Source: a bacterium
GTDB taxonomy: Bacteria > UBA8248
Reading direction: 5' to 3'
DNA length: 64,000 nt
Assembly (NCBI GenBank): GCA_963692865.2
Contig: OY843592.1
Coordinates: 3,648,001-3,712,000, forward strand
Below the pieces are notes generated by a model. The model saw nothing but the letters and a program-made list of their open reading frames with translations. It was not told the DNA's origin and ran no database searches. Below are positions 20,319 through 29,850 of the stretch, piece after piece. The number at the start of each line of letters is the position of its first letter. The stretch's first letter is position 1. The position numbers were made by a program, and so were the translations under genes.

Positions 20319-21671
20319 CTAGTTTTCAGAATCAGTGCCTTCCGTCTGCACGTCTTCCTGTAATGTTTCTATTCTTTCCCGTGATTCTTTCGCTGACTGA
20401 ATTGTGAGATCGAACGACCAGGTCCCATCCTCATCCCTTTGACTCCCCACCAATTTATTTTCCACTAGCTCCGGATAGATGATGCGAACCTTACCCCATT
20501 GCGATTTACAGCTTATGCTTATCTTTCCTCCCGATATTTTCCATGTCCCCGAACAAGTGGAGTTTGTCCAGGCGGAAGCAAGAAAACCCGTCACCTTACC
20601 GGACGAGAAAAAGGTGAACGATTGACGATGTCCACGAGAATTCACGCCACCGAAGATTTTCCCGGAGATCCGCGATTTCATCGATACATCCAGAAGCACA
20701 CGTACATCTTTGCAGAACTTTCCATCCAAACCCCGGCACCATGCGCCTAGGTACTTTTTGTATCCCTTCGGTGTATTCGACGATTTCGCCTGTCTAAACG
20801 CCTCGGTATCCAGCCTCGCACGCTCCGTTTCTTCTAGCATATTGAGGATACTCGTATATTTTCTCAATTTAGCGAGTTCTATCGCTTTTACCCCTTTGGG
20901 TCCCCGAATCGAGAGATCGGCCCCCGCCTCCAACAATAATCCGACGATCTCGAGATGCCTCTCCTGTGTTGCGATGAACAAGGCTGTCGCCCCATTCAGG
21001 GCGCGTATATTAGGATCCGCGCCTGCTTCGAGCAGAATTGGGACCATCACCACATAGCCCCTTTGCGCCGCATGCATGAGTCCCGTCCAACCGCGACCGT
21101 CACGGTCGCGCATATTGACGTTCACCTCTCTCCCACCCAACATCCTACTCAAACCATCGATGTCTCCCCTCGTCACGGCCTCCGATATTTTCGACAGTTT
21201 CTTGGGAATGACACGTTTTGTTCCGAGCCTAGGCGCTCTAACTTGCGCACCCCTTTTTGTTTTTGGCGGGCGAGCCGATTTCCGGGGAACAGCCAAACGC
21301 TTTCTCGGGGACCCCCACTCGCGAGCGCGTTTTTGCGCCAACGCGAGTTGTTCAGATGTCATCTTCTTCCTCAGCGCATCGCGCTCTTTCAGTGCATGGG
21401 TATCACCCCGGCTCGCCGCCAGATTGAACCACATGTGCGCTTCCACGTAATCCTGCACCACCCCCAATCCTTTGCGGAACATTAGACCCAACTGCCGCAT
21501 CGAGAGGCTGTCCCCTTGCGCGGCGGCCCTCCGCCATTGCTCGATCGCCTCCGCATAACGTCCAGCATCCCAGGCAGTCTTTCCCAGCCAGTAATCCGCA
21601 CGGGCATCCGCGACGCAAACCACCGTCAGCGCAACACAAAGAACCATTGGCAATGTTAATTTGCGATACAT
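20319..21671 (-). CDS. Secreted Sel1-repeat + ankyrin-repeat protein
   Basis: Signal peptide; Sel1 motifs (LGLMFRKGLGVVQDYVEAHMWFNLAASRG); ankyrin motifs (GWTGLMHAAQRG...LLEAGADPN, GATALFIATQERH...LLEAGAD); lower GC than flanks. Confidence 0.85.
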   Translation of the reverse strand: MYRKLTLPMVLCVALTVVCVADARADYWLGKTAWDAGRYAEAIEQWRRAAAQGDSLSMRQLGLMFRKGLGVVQDYVEAHMWFNLAASRGDTHALKERDALRKKMTSEQLALAQKRAREWGSPRKRLAVPRKSARPPKTKRGAQVRAPRLGTKRVIPKKLSKISEAVTRGDIDGLSRMLGGREVNVNMRDRDGRGWTGLMHAAQRGYVVMVPILLEAGADPNIRALNGATALFIATQERHLEIVGLLLEAGADLSIRGPKGVKAIELAKLRKYTSILNMLEETERARLDTEAFRQAKSSNTPKGYKKYLGAWCRGLDGKFCKDVRVLLDVSMKSRISGKIFGGVNSRGHRQSFTFFSSGKVTGFLASAWTNSTCSGTWKISGGKISISCKSQWGKVRIIYPELVENKLVGSQRDEDGTWSFDLTIQSAKESRERIETLQEDVQTEGTDSEN

Positions 21672-21880
21672 CTGGTTCTCTCCCCTTCTGCGATATCACT
21701 CCAAGTAAGAATGTCATTCAATGTTAGACACAATCATCATTCTTACAACATTTCTATCCTCTTCTTGCTTCATCTCGCCTTCTGGCTGTCTCCGCTCTTT
21801 TGTTGTTTCACGAAAAACCTAGTGCAGGTTTCGTACTCCTTGTCGTTTTTTCGTCTTGTCTTAAGATTGACATCGCTCCC

Positions 21881-23854
21881 CTAGGCGGAGGCGGCGCCTC
21901 CGGCCACCGGGGCGGGCGCGGGTTCTCCCTCCTCGGCGAGGCGCCTTCTCTGCAGGATGAATACCGCGCCCAGCATGATCGCGCCGGCCAGGTGGTTCCA
22001 GTAGCCCGGCCAGAACAACAGCCCCGCCGCCAGGAACAAAAGCCCGCGCATCGGGGTCGAGAAGCGGAAATACATGAACCCGACCATGGCGGCGGCCAGC
22101 GCCTGGAAGCCGAGAAGCCCCGCCGCGAAGGTCTCCAGCGAGAGCCAGGGCTGGCGGATGAGCAGAATCGGCGTGAAGGCGAACATGAGCGGCAGGATGT
22201 ACATGCCCTTCGCCGTGCGGAAAGACGCCCAGGCGGCCTTCGCCGGGTTGGCGTCCGCTATCCCCGCCGCCGTATAGGCGGGGACGCATACAGGGGGCGT
22301 GAAGCAACTGTCCAGGCTGTACCAGAACACGATGAGGTGGGCCGAGAGCAGCGAGAGCTTGAACGGCTCTCCGAGCTCCAAAAGCGCGGGCACGGCCATG
22401 ACGGACAAGACGATGTAGGCCGCGCTCGTCGGCAGGCCCATGCCGAGCACGAACGAGGCGATGCCCACAAGGAGGATGCCGAGAAACAGGCTGTCGTTCG
22501 CCAGATTCGTTACCAGCGAGGAGAACTTGAGGCCCAGGCCCGTCTGGAACAGCGCCCCCATGATGATGCCCACCGCGCCCACCGCCGCGCAGATGGAAAG
22601 CGATTGAATCGCGCCCTTCTCGAGCGCCAGGACGATGTTCCAAAGGCCGCGGCCGATTTCGCTCGCCACTTCCAGGAGGCTCGTGCCCTCCCTCCTGGCT
22701 TTTTCCAGCAAGACGAGCGCGCCCTTGAGCCCCGCCAGGATCACGACGGAGAGAATGCCCGCGAGTCCCGCGTAGGGCACGGGTCTGCCCGTCATGAGAA
22801 TCCCCAGGATCACGATGGGCGGCAGGAGATAGAACCACCCGTCTTTCATGATGGGGCCCAGAGGGGGAATCAATTCTCTGGGCATACCGACCAGGCCCTC
22901 TTTTCTCGCCTCCAGATGCACGGTCGCGTAGACGGAGAAGAAATACAAAACGGCGGGCAGAATCGATACCTTCACGATCTCCCAATACGATATGCCGGTG
23001 AACTCCACGATCAGGAACGCGGACGCCCCCATGATGGGCGGCATGATCTGCCCCCCTGTTGAAGCGGCCGTCTCGATGGCCGCCGCCATTTCCGGCTTGA
23101 AGCCGGTGCGCTTCATCATCGGGATGGTGAACGAACCCGTGGTGACCACGTTCGCGTTCGCGCTGCCCATGATGGTGCCCGTCATCGCGCTGGCGAAAAC
23201 GGCCGCCTTCGCCGGTCCGCCGCGCAGCCTGCCCGCGGCCGCCATGGAGAGTTTCACGTAGAAATCAGCGGCTCCCATGCGGTCGAGAAACGCGCCGAAG
23301 AGGATGAACAAGAAGATGTAGACCGAAAAGACGCTCAAGGGCGCCGTCCAGATGCCATCGTAGGTCATGTACTGATGATCCACGATGTGCATGTAAGTCG
23401 CCCCCTTGTGCGCAAGAAACCCGGGGAACCAGGGGCCGAAATACGAATAGACGATGAAGAAGAGCGATATCAGAGGAAGCGCGAGGTTGATGGTCCTTCG
23501 CGCCGCCTCGAAGGCGAGCACAAGAACCACCGTGCCCAGTATCAAATCCATGGTTTCGAGCGGTTCTACGAAATGCAGGCGATCCAGGTAATAGTCGATA
23601 CGCAGTATCGGGTAGGAGATGGAGGCGACCGCGAGGAGGCAGACGGCGGCCGACACGACGGCGCGCCACCCGCCTCCCGCGGGTTTTCGGTAGATGATGA
23701 ATATCAGGGTCATCCCGAACAGGTAGGAGAGCGCCCTCTGGGAAAGCGGTTCATACCCTCCCGTGTAGGCCACCTGGATGTGAAACCAGGACATGCCGAC
23801 GGCTATCGCCAGGACGAGCCAGTCCAGAGGGGTTCTTTCCTTGATATCGCTCAC
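21881..23854 (-). CDS. TRAP transporter fused 4TM/12TM permease (TAXI type)
   Basis: GGPAKAAV, NVVTTGSFTIPMMKR, ASTGGQIMPPIMG, LGMGLPTSAAY, TPPVC. Confidence 0.92.
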   Translation of the reverse strand: MSDIKERTPLDWLVLAIAVGMSWFHIQVAYTGGYEPLSQRALSYLFGMTLIFIIYRKPAGGGWRAVVSAAVCLLAVASISYPILRIDYYLDRLHFVEPLETMDLILGTVVLVLAFEAARRTINLALPLISLFFIVYSYFGPWFPGFLAHKGATYMHIVDHQYMTYDGIWTAPLSVFSVYIFLFILFGAFLDRMGAADFYVKLSMAAAGRLRGGPAKAAVFASAMTGTIMGSANANVVTTGSFTIPMMKRTGFKPEMAAAIETAASTGGQIMPPIMGASAFLIVEFTGISYWEIVKVSILPAVLYFFSVYATVHLEARKEGLVGMPRELIPPLGPIMKDGWFYLLPPIVILGILMTGRPVPYAGLAGILSVVILAGLKGALVLLEKARREGTSLLEVASEIGRGLWNIVLALEKGAIQSLSICAAVGAVGIIMGALFQTGLGLKFSSLVTNLANDSLFLGILLVGIASFVLGMGLPTSAAYIVLSVMAVPALLELGEPFKLSLLSAHLIVFWYSLDSCFTPPVCVPAYTAAGIADANPAKAAWASFRTAKGMYILPLMFAFTPILLIRQPWLSLETFAAGLLGFQALAAAMVGFMYFRFSTPMRGLLFLAAGLLFWPGYWNHLAGAIMLGAVFILQRRRLAEEGEPAPAPVAGGAASA

Positions 23855-23878
23855 GCTCTCGCCTCTTTCCCTGTACGG

Positions 23879-24862
23879 TTACATCGAGCCCCCGATCTCC
23901 TTGTAGAAGCGCTTGGCGCCTTCATGCAGCGGCACGCCGAGATGCATGCCCGCCTTCTTGGGGTCCCACCTTTTGTAGATCTTGTGGACGCCCGAGAGGA
24001 ACTTTTTCTCGTCTTTCGCGATTTTGAGAATCGAGTAGACGACGTCGGCGCTCATCTTGGTCGTGGTGAGCATTACGCCGAAGAGCCCCATCGAGTCTTT
24101 GGGCTTGGGGTTGCCCCTGTACATGCCGCCCGGAATCTGGCAGGGCGTGAAGCCGTTACCCGCCAGCATCTTCTTCACGTCATCGGACATGTCGAGGAAC
24201 ACGAGGTCACGGCCCAGGGCCGCCTGGATGCCCGCGCCGTTGGGGTCGCCCGAATTGTGGAAATAGTAATCGATCTGACGCGCTTTTATCGCGCGCGACA
24301 TGCCGTTCACACCCGCAAAGTTGAGCTTGTAGCCGCGCTCCCTGAGTTGCTTGTAGCTTGTCTTGTAGTGTTTGACGATCAGGCTCCCCACGTACTCCGT
24401 GCTGGTTCCCTTCTTGGCCACACCCACCTTCTGCGCCGTTTTCGACTTGATGATGTCGCCCCAGGTCTTGATGCCCCCGTCGTAAAGTTCCTTGGCGGCG
24501 TATTGGTGGTAGCAGGAAGGCCAGAAGCTGGCGATGCCGCGGAGGTTCTTGTACGATTTCTTGAAGGGAGTCCTGCCGGCCATCGCGGCGCCTGCGAAGT
24601 TCGAGAAGGTATAACCGAAATCCGCGCCTCCGCCGCCCACGCGCGCCGGGTTCGCCCGGCCGCCGCCGGGAACCACGCTGAGGATGACCTTTTTCTGCTT
24701 CCGGTTGACGATCTCCGTGAGACCGGCGCCCAGCCTGCCCATCGTGCCGCCCAGGCTGCCGACCGCGACGTCGTGTTTCGCGGGCGCGGCGTAGGCGTCG
24801 CCCACCGTCAGAAACGGCAGGCTCAGGGCCAGAATTGCAAACATCATGACGATTCTCTTCAT
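23879..24862 (-). CDS. TAXI family TRAP solute-binding protein
   Basis: Signal peptide, GSLGGT, VPGGGRAN, VPLHEGAKRFYKEIG; AAGGAG RBS before ATG 24862. Confidence 0.88.
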   Translation of the reverse strand: MKRIVMMFAILALSLPFLTVGDAYAAPAKHDVAVGSLGGTMGRLGAGLTEIVNRKQKKVILSVVPGGGRANPARVGGGGADFGYTFSNFAGAAMAGRTPFKKSYKNLRGIASFWPSCYHQYAAKELYDGGIKTWGDIIKSKTAQKVGVAKKGTSTEYVGSLIVKHYKTSYKQLRERGYKLNFAGVNGMSRAIKARQIDYYFHNSGDPNGAGIQAALGRDLVFLDMSDDVKKMLAGNGFTPCQIPGGMYRGNPKPKDSMGLFGVMLTTTKMSADVVYSILKIAKDEKKFLSGVHKIYKRWDPKKAGMHLGVPLHEGAKRFYKEIGGSM

Positions 24863-25180
24863 TTTTACTCTCCTTGATGAAGTGAGGTAAGACTGCGGCA
24901 ACGTGAAACCAAAAAACCCCGCTCGCCGAGACGCATTCGAGTGATAACCAACCGCCTCGCCGCGTTCTCAACGAGCGCTCTTTTCTGTATGCTTGGGCGT
25001 GAATCTTACAGACGGAAGCGTTTCGCTGTCAACGAATCTCGGGAGTCCGGCGAGCGTTCTCGCGGCTCTGGAGTGAGGTTACGGGTTCTTCGCCGGAAAA
25101 GCGCTTGCGGTAGCTGTCTTGGGTGGCTGTCTTATTGATTGCGACGGCGATTGGATATCCGGCTCTGAGGAGGTTTTCGC

Positions 25181-25209
25181 TTGCGTGTGCGCCGCTCCGG
25201 TGTTAGCAT
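25181..25209 (+). promoter_or_regulatory. Putative sigma70 promoter for the cupin leader
   Basis: TTGCGT (25181-25186), 17-nt spacer, TG-n-TAGCAT (25201-25209). Confidence 0.55.
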
Positions 25210-25246
25210 TGGAATAATATATCCGCTGACAGCGTGCTGTCGGCTC

Positions 25247-25282
25247 AAGGGCCACTCTTCGGAGCGGCCTTTGCTTTTTTTT
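25247..25282 (+). terminator. Intrinsic terminator inside the 5' leader of the cupin gene
   Basis: AAGGGCCACTC-TTCG-GAGCGGCCTTT hairpin then a T8 run, ending ~20 nt before ATG 25302. Confidence 0.7.
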
Positions 25283-25301
25283 ACCTGAAAGGAGCCGCAA
25301 C

Positions 25302-25652
25302 ATGCCGTTTTACCGTTGGGACGAGATGAAGCGAAAGAACCTGGCGAAGCCGTCCGATTCCGAAGGCAGCATCATCATCGGCGAACACGTAACCCTCAAC
25401 CGCTCGGTGAGCCCGCCGGGCAAGCTGGCCCGCCCGCACACGCACGACTGCGAACAGCTCATCAACGTCGTCGAGGGCGCCGCCTGGTTCCGCGTGGGCG
25501 ATGAGGAGAAAACCGTCACGGCGGGCGACATCATCCACATCCCCGAGGGTACCGAGCACGAGTTCAAGAACGATGGCGATTCCGAGTTCATCTACCTCTC
25601 GTTCAAGAACAAATCGGAGGGCTGGCCCCCGCCGACCGCGACGATGGATTAG
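25302..25652 (+). CDS. Cupin domain protein
   Basis: PHTHDCEQ and GDIIHIPEGTEH cupin motifs; AAGGAG RBS. Confidence 0.88.
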   Translation: MPFYRWDEMKRKNLAKPSDSEGSIIIGEHVTLNRSVSPPGKLARPHTHDCEQLINVVEGAAWFRVGDEEKTVTAGDIIHIPEGTEHEFKNDGDSEFIYLSFKNKSEGWPPPTATMD

Positions 25653-25705
25653 TTTCTCGCTTTTAACCCCGCGTGAAGTTCTTCGGGGCCAAACCCGGCC
25701 GGGGA

Positions 25706-26174
25706 GGGGTTGTTGAAAAAACCTCGTCTGCAACCCCCGCAAACCGCCAACGCCTCTTTCCTCACCCTGAGTAGCCGCCGAAGGTCAAACGCGACTGAGA
25801 AGGGAGCGTTTGTATCGAAGGGCTTGCCCGAGTCTGTCGAGGGGAGCGCTCCCCTTTTTGGCCGGCAATCGCTCCCGCATTGGTCGCGATTGACCTTCGA
25901 TACGCGGCTTCGCCGCTACTCAGGATGAGGTGGTATGGCGCCCGGTTGTGCACAGGCAACCCCGTCTGCGGGCAAGTGTAGGGGCCGCATATATGCGGCC
26001 CACGCCGGGCGGCGAAAAAAGGCCGGGTCGCATGTATGCGACCCCTACACCCAACACCCCTTCGTCCCGCAGATCGCCAGAATGACGGTGGTTTTCTCGC
26101 ATTGAGGGATTTTTTTTACAGCCCCTTGAGGGGGAGTGGTTCAACCCCACCTCAAGAGCTTTTTCAACAACCCC
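25706..26174. mobile_element. TIR element with mosaic interior (family-3 REPIN + GTAG REPIN) and two stacked right ends
   Basis: GGGGTTGTTGAAAAAACC at 25706; TCACCCTGAGTAGC...GCTACTCAGGATGA 25762-25928; GTAG doublet 25978-26048; right ends at 26125 (followed by TTGAGGGGGAGTGG) and 26174. Confidence 0.75.
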
Positions 26175-27297
26175 CCTTGAGGCCCGCTTCCAACTCCTCG
26201 GGGTCGATGGGCAGCTTCACGGCCTGCTTCCGCTTGGCGGACAGGTCGCACGCCATGCAGAGCATGAGGTTCCGGTGCCCCTCCGCCCCCGTGGCGTGGG
26301 GCATGTCGACGCCCGTGTAGAGGTGCGAGAGCCAGGCGATGGACTCATCGCGCATCGGCCCCCAGAACTGGCCCCTGGACATGTCCCCCGCCGGGTAGCT
26401 TTCGAGCAGGTGCACGTGGCGCTCCTCCCCCCGGTGGGAGGCCAGCGGGTTCTCCGACGCCATGATGAAATCCGCATGGGTGTCGTCGATGGTGAGCGCG
26501 CCCTCGGTCCCCACCACGCTGATGGTGACGCCGTAGGTCGAGGCGGGCCAGATGGTGGGCATCCCCCAGTTGCACTCCATGCTCCAGATGGCGCCGTCCT
26601 CGAAGGTGAAGATGCTGAAGGTGGCGTCTTGTGTGCCGATGCCCGTCATCACGCGCGATATCGAGCGCGATACCACCTCGGCGGGCTTCTTCTCCGGCCC
26701 CATCACGAACAGCATCACGTCGAGCGCATGGGTGCCGGATATCACCATCGGCGTCAGCATCGAGCGGTCCTCGTTTTTCGACAGCCGCGTGATGCCGACC
26801 TGGCGGTTCAGCAGCGCGCGCGTCGTGGCCGAGGTGACCTCGCCCAGAACGCCCGATTGCACGTGCTCGCGCGCCGTGAGCCAGCGCCTCCTGAACCGCT
26901 GGGTGTAGCCCACGAGCAGCTCGGCGTCCGCCGCCTCCGCCGCCTCCACGATTTTCGCCGACTCCGCCACGCTCGTCGCCAGCGGTTTTTCGACCAGAAT
27001 CCGGTGGCCCCGCCCTATCGCCTCCCAAAGCGGCTCCGCGTGCCATTCCTCGTCTGTGGCGATGACGACGGCGTTGACCTCGGGGCGCCGGATGAGTTCG
27101 GCGAAATCGGTCGTGAAGAAATCGGCCCCGAACTCCCCGGCCATCGCCCTGCCCTTCTTCTCGTCGATGTCGCAACAGCCTAGCCACTCCGTTCCCGGGT
27201 ACTCCCTGGCGCAGCGCGCACGAATGCGGCCCACGCGACCGCAGCCGACCACGGCCAGGCCAATCGGATTCCTCTCGCCTCCCGAAACCGCCATCAT
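26164..27297 (-). CDS. Gfo/Idh/MocA family oxidoreductase
   Basis: VVGCGRVG Rossmann motif, LVEKPLA, GYTQRF, SGTHALD; stop codon lies inside a TIR. Confidence 0.9.
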   Translation of the reverse strand: MMAVSGGERNPIGLAVVGCGRVGRIRARCAREYPGTEWLGCCDIDEKKGRAMAGEFGADFFTTDFAELIRRPEVNAVVIATDEEWHAEPLWEAIGRGHRILVEKPLATSVAESAKIVEAAEAADAELLVGYTQRFRRRWLTAREHVQSGVLGEVTSATTRALLNRQVGITRLSKNEDRSMLTPMVISGTHALDVMLFVMGPEKKPAEVVSRSISRVMTGIGTQDATFSIFTFEDGAIWSMECNWGMPTIWPASTYGVTISVVGTEGALTIDDTHADFIMASENPLASHRGEERHVHLLESYPAGDMSRGQFWGPMRDESIAWLSHLYTGVDMPHATGAEGHRNLMLCMACDLSAKRKQAVKLPIDPEELEAGLKGGC

Positions 27298-27475
27298 CCT
27301 CTCCCGTGAAATCATCGAGACGCATAAGAAAGCGCCGTCGCCTCAAGCGACGCTGTCTGGATTCCCCTTCATAGCAGCTTCGGGGAATGGGCGCATCATT
27401 GGCCGCGTCTTTGCGCAGAGAGATTTTCGAACGATGGGAGGGACTACGCCTTCGCAAGAAACAGGAAATTACGCT

Positions 27476-27719
27476 GTAGGGACAGGCCCCCGTGCCTGTC
27501 CGGGAAGGGACAACCACAGGGGGTTGTCCCTACGAACAGCAAACCCTTTCGTCCCTACGAAGCTCTCCGAACCGAAGGTTGTCGTCACTCCGGCATCAGA
27601 ACCAACCTAATCGAGAGGGTTTGACGGAATCAAGGATTTCCGAAATGCCCTGTGTAGGGGTCGCATACATGCGACCCGCATGCCACGAACCGGTCGGGCC
27701 GCATGTATGCGGCCCCTAC
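27476..27719. repeat. Two GTAG-type REPIN doublets
   Basis: GTAGGGACAGGC...GTTGTCCCTAC 27476-27533 (cf. 39743-39823); GTAGGGGTCGCAT...GCGGCCCCTAC 27654-27719. Confidence 0.85.
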
Positions 27720-28837
27720 AAATCAAAATCCTCAGGCTTGACCGGCAGCGGAACCGCCCGCCCGGTTTTTGCCGAATGGTCCATCGCCAGGCACAGCATG
27801 AGGTTCTCGTGCGCCTCGCGCGCCGTGGTGTGCGGCGTGGGGACGCCCAGGTAAATTCTGTCGAACCACGAGCGCGTCTCCTCGCGCATGGGGCCCCAGA
27901 GCTGTTCGAACACAAGATCGCCCGGCGGGTAGCTGGTCAGGAAACTCACGTTGCGCTCCTGCTTCAGGCGCGCGGATTCGTGCGGCTCCGCCGTGGCGAA
28001 GACGATGTCGCGGTGCGTGTCGTCTATCGTGAGCACGCCCCCCGTGCCCACGATACCCAGTTCGAGCGAATAGACCTCCGCCGGCCAGACGCTCGGCAGC
28101 GCCCAGCTCACGTTCATGCTCCATATCGTCCCGTCCTCGTAGGTGACGATGGCGAAGGTGGAATCCTTCGTGAGGTAGGGCGCCATCGCCTTGTCCACCG
28201 AGCGCGCGTACACCTCGACGGGCCTGCGCCCCTCCAGGAGCCAGGAGCACAGATCGACGCTGTGCGTGCCGGAGATGACCATGGGGGTGAATTTCGTCGG
28301 GAATTCCGTCTTGGTGGAGTTCGCCACCGGGTTCATACGGTTCAGGAAGGCGCGGCCCGTGACGGATGAGACGTCGCCCAACTCGCCCGAGCGAATCTTC
28401 TCCTTCGCCACCAGAAAGCGGCGTCGGAACCGCTGCGTATAGCCCAGGACGGCGTCCGCGCCCGCCTCATCGACCGCGTGCGCGAGCCTCTCGGATACGC
28501 CTGCGTCCACCGCCAGGGGCTTTTCGATCAGCATCCGGTGGCCGCGCTCCACGCCGATGAGGATGGGTTCCAGCCGCTCGTTCGCATACGTGGCCAAAAC
28601 CGCGGCGTTCACCTCGTCTCGCTTCAGGAGTTCGCGGTAGTCGGTCGTGAAAAAATCGGCCTGAACGTCATCGGCGAGCTTTCGGCCCACTTTCTCGTCG
28701 ATGTCGCACAGCCCCAGCCACTCGACAGCCGCGTTTTGCCGCGCGAATTCCGCTCGGATGCGCCCGATCTTCCCGCATCCCACCACCGCGAGGCCTATAG
28801 GCTTTCTCGTCTCGTTCAATATGTTCATGAGTTTCAC
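27716..28837 (-). CDS. Gfo/Idh/MocA family oxidoreductase (tandem paralog; start may be ATG 28828)
   Basis: VVGCGKIGRIRA, LIEKPLA, GYTQRFRRR, TPMVISGTH shared with 26164-27297. Confidence 0.9.
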   Translation of the reverse strand: MKLMNILNETRKPIGLAVVGCGKIGRIRAEFARQNAAVEWLGLCDIDEKVGRKLADDVQADFFTTDYRELLKRDEVNAAVLATYANERLEPILIGVERGHRMLIEKPLAVDAGVSERLAHAVDEAGADAVLGYTQRFRRRFLVAKEKIRSGELGDVSSVTGRAFLNRMNPVANSTKTEFPTKFTPMVISGTHSVDLCSWLLEGRRPVEVYARSVDKAMAPYLTKDSTFAIVTYEDGTIWSMNVSWALPSVWPAEVYSLELGIVGTGGVLTIDDTHRDIVFATAEPHESARLKQERNVSFLTSYPPGDLVFEQLWGPMREETRSWFDRIYLGVPTPHTTAREAHENLMLCLAMDHSAKTGRAVPLPVKPEDFDL

Positions 28838-28968
28838 CTTGAGCAGAGCGTCAATTCAAAACCGGCGCATCTTCCCACCCGGCCATTAGCGGCGCAAGCC
28901 GGGGTCCGGTTCAAGCCGGGACGTGATAGATAGTGACGCCGATGCCTCCGCCCGGTATCCGGTTTTTG

Positions 28969-29113
28969 GCCGTCATTCCGGCGAATGCCGGAATCCAGAG
29001 CGGATGAGACGGCCACGTTACGGCGTTCCATTCCCCACTCGTCGTCAGGAAACTGGAAGAAAAGCAAGAAAAAGACGAAAACCCTGGATTCCGGCATTCG
29101 CCGGAATGACGGC
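28969..29113. repeat. Family-2 REPIN with perfect 30-bp inverted arms
   Basis: GCCGTCATTCCGGCGAATGCCGGAATCCAG (28969-28998) / CTGGATTCCGGCATTCGCCGGAATGACGGC (29084-29113). Confidence 0.88.
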
Positions 29114-29135
29114 GGTGATCGATTCCGATCGACGA

Positions 29136-29331
29136 GGACCTGTTGAAAAACCCCCGCATGCGACCCCCGCAAACCGCCAACGCCTCTCCCCTCACCCTGA
29201 GTAGCCGCCAAAGGCGGCGTATCGAAGGGCGAGGGAGAGTCGAACGCTCGCGTCGGGGTGAGAGGAAATCCTTCGATACGCGGCTTCGCCGCTACTCAGG
29301 ATGAAGCAGAGAGGACTTTTTCAGCAACCCG
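29136..29331. mobile_element. TIR element carrying a family-3 REPIN
   Basis: GGACCTGTTGAAAAACC / GGACTTTTTCAGCAACCCG; left ~80 bp shared with the 25706 element; REPIN 29192-29304. Confidence 0.72.
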
Positions 29332-29455
29332 GTACGAGAGGCCGTAACTCCTGCAGCCGGTTCCGGCGAGCAACCATGATGATGACGGGAAGCGCCGACC
29401 TGGCGAGGTTCTGCTGGTATTCGAGGCCCTGATCGACAGTGAGGAAGGCGTCGGA
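29321..29455 (-). pseudogene. Fragment of a DUF5615/PIN-like toxin
   Basis: In frame after the DUF433 stop: SDAFLTVDQGLEYQQNLARSALPVIIMVARRNRLQELRPLVPGC*; no start codon or N-terminal half; ends in a TIR. Confidence 0.7.
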
Positions 29456-29638
29456 TTAGCGTTTGAGCGCTTCGAGCGCCTGCTCACGCGACACCGTCGG
29501 GAAGTCTTCCAGAAAATCGTCGAGCCTGTCGCCCGCTTCGAGATGCTCCATCAGGGTGCGCACGGGAACCCTGGCGCCTGCGAATACGGGCGTCCCTCCG
29601 AGGATTTCCGGGTTTCTCTCGATAAGCATATCGGACAT
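29456..29638 (-). CDS. DUF433 family antitoxin (probably C-terminally shortened)
   Basis: IERNPEILGGTPVFAGARVPVRTLMEHLEAGDRLDDFLEDFPTV; AAGGAG RBS. Confidence 0.85.
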   Translation of the reverse strand: MSDMLIERNPEILGGTPVFAGARVPVRTLMEHLEAGDRLDDFLEDFPTVSREQALEALKR

Positions 29639-29850
29639 CTCTCACTCCTTGAGCGCGGCGCATCAGAGAGAATCAAATGGCGCTTGCGGATTCTATTGCT
29701 TACCAAACCTCCTCCCGGCACAACTGGCGCCAAAGAACGGCATCGCGGTGCAAGCCGGGGCTTCGAAGCCCGCCGCGGTTCCAAAATTCCGCGTTTCATC
29801 GGAGAATGGGCCGTTCCCCCGAAACCCGTAACCCCGAAAGGAGTGACCCC

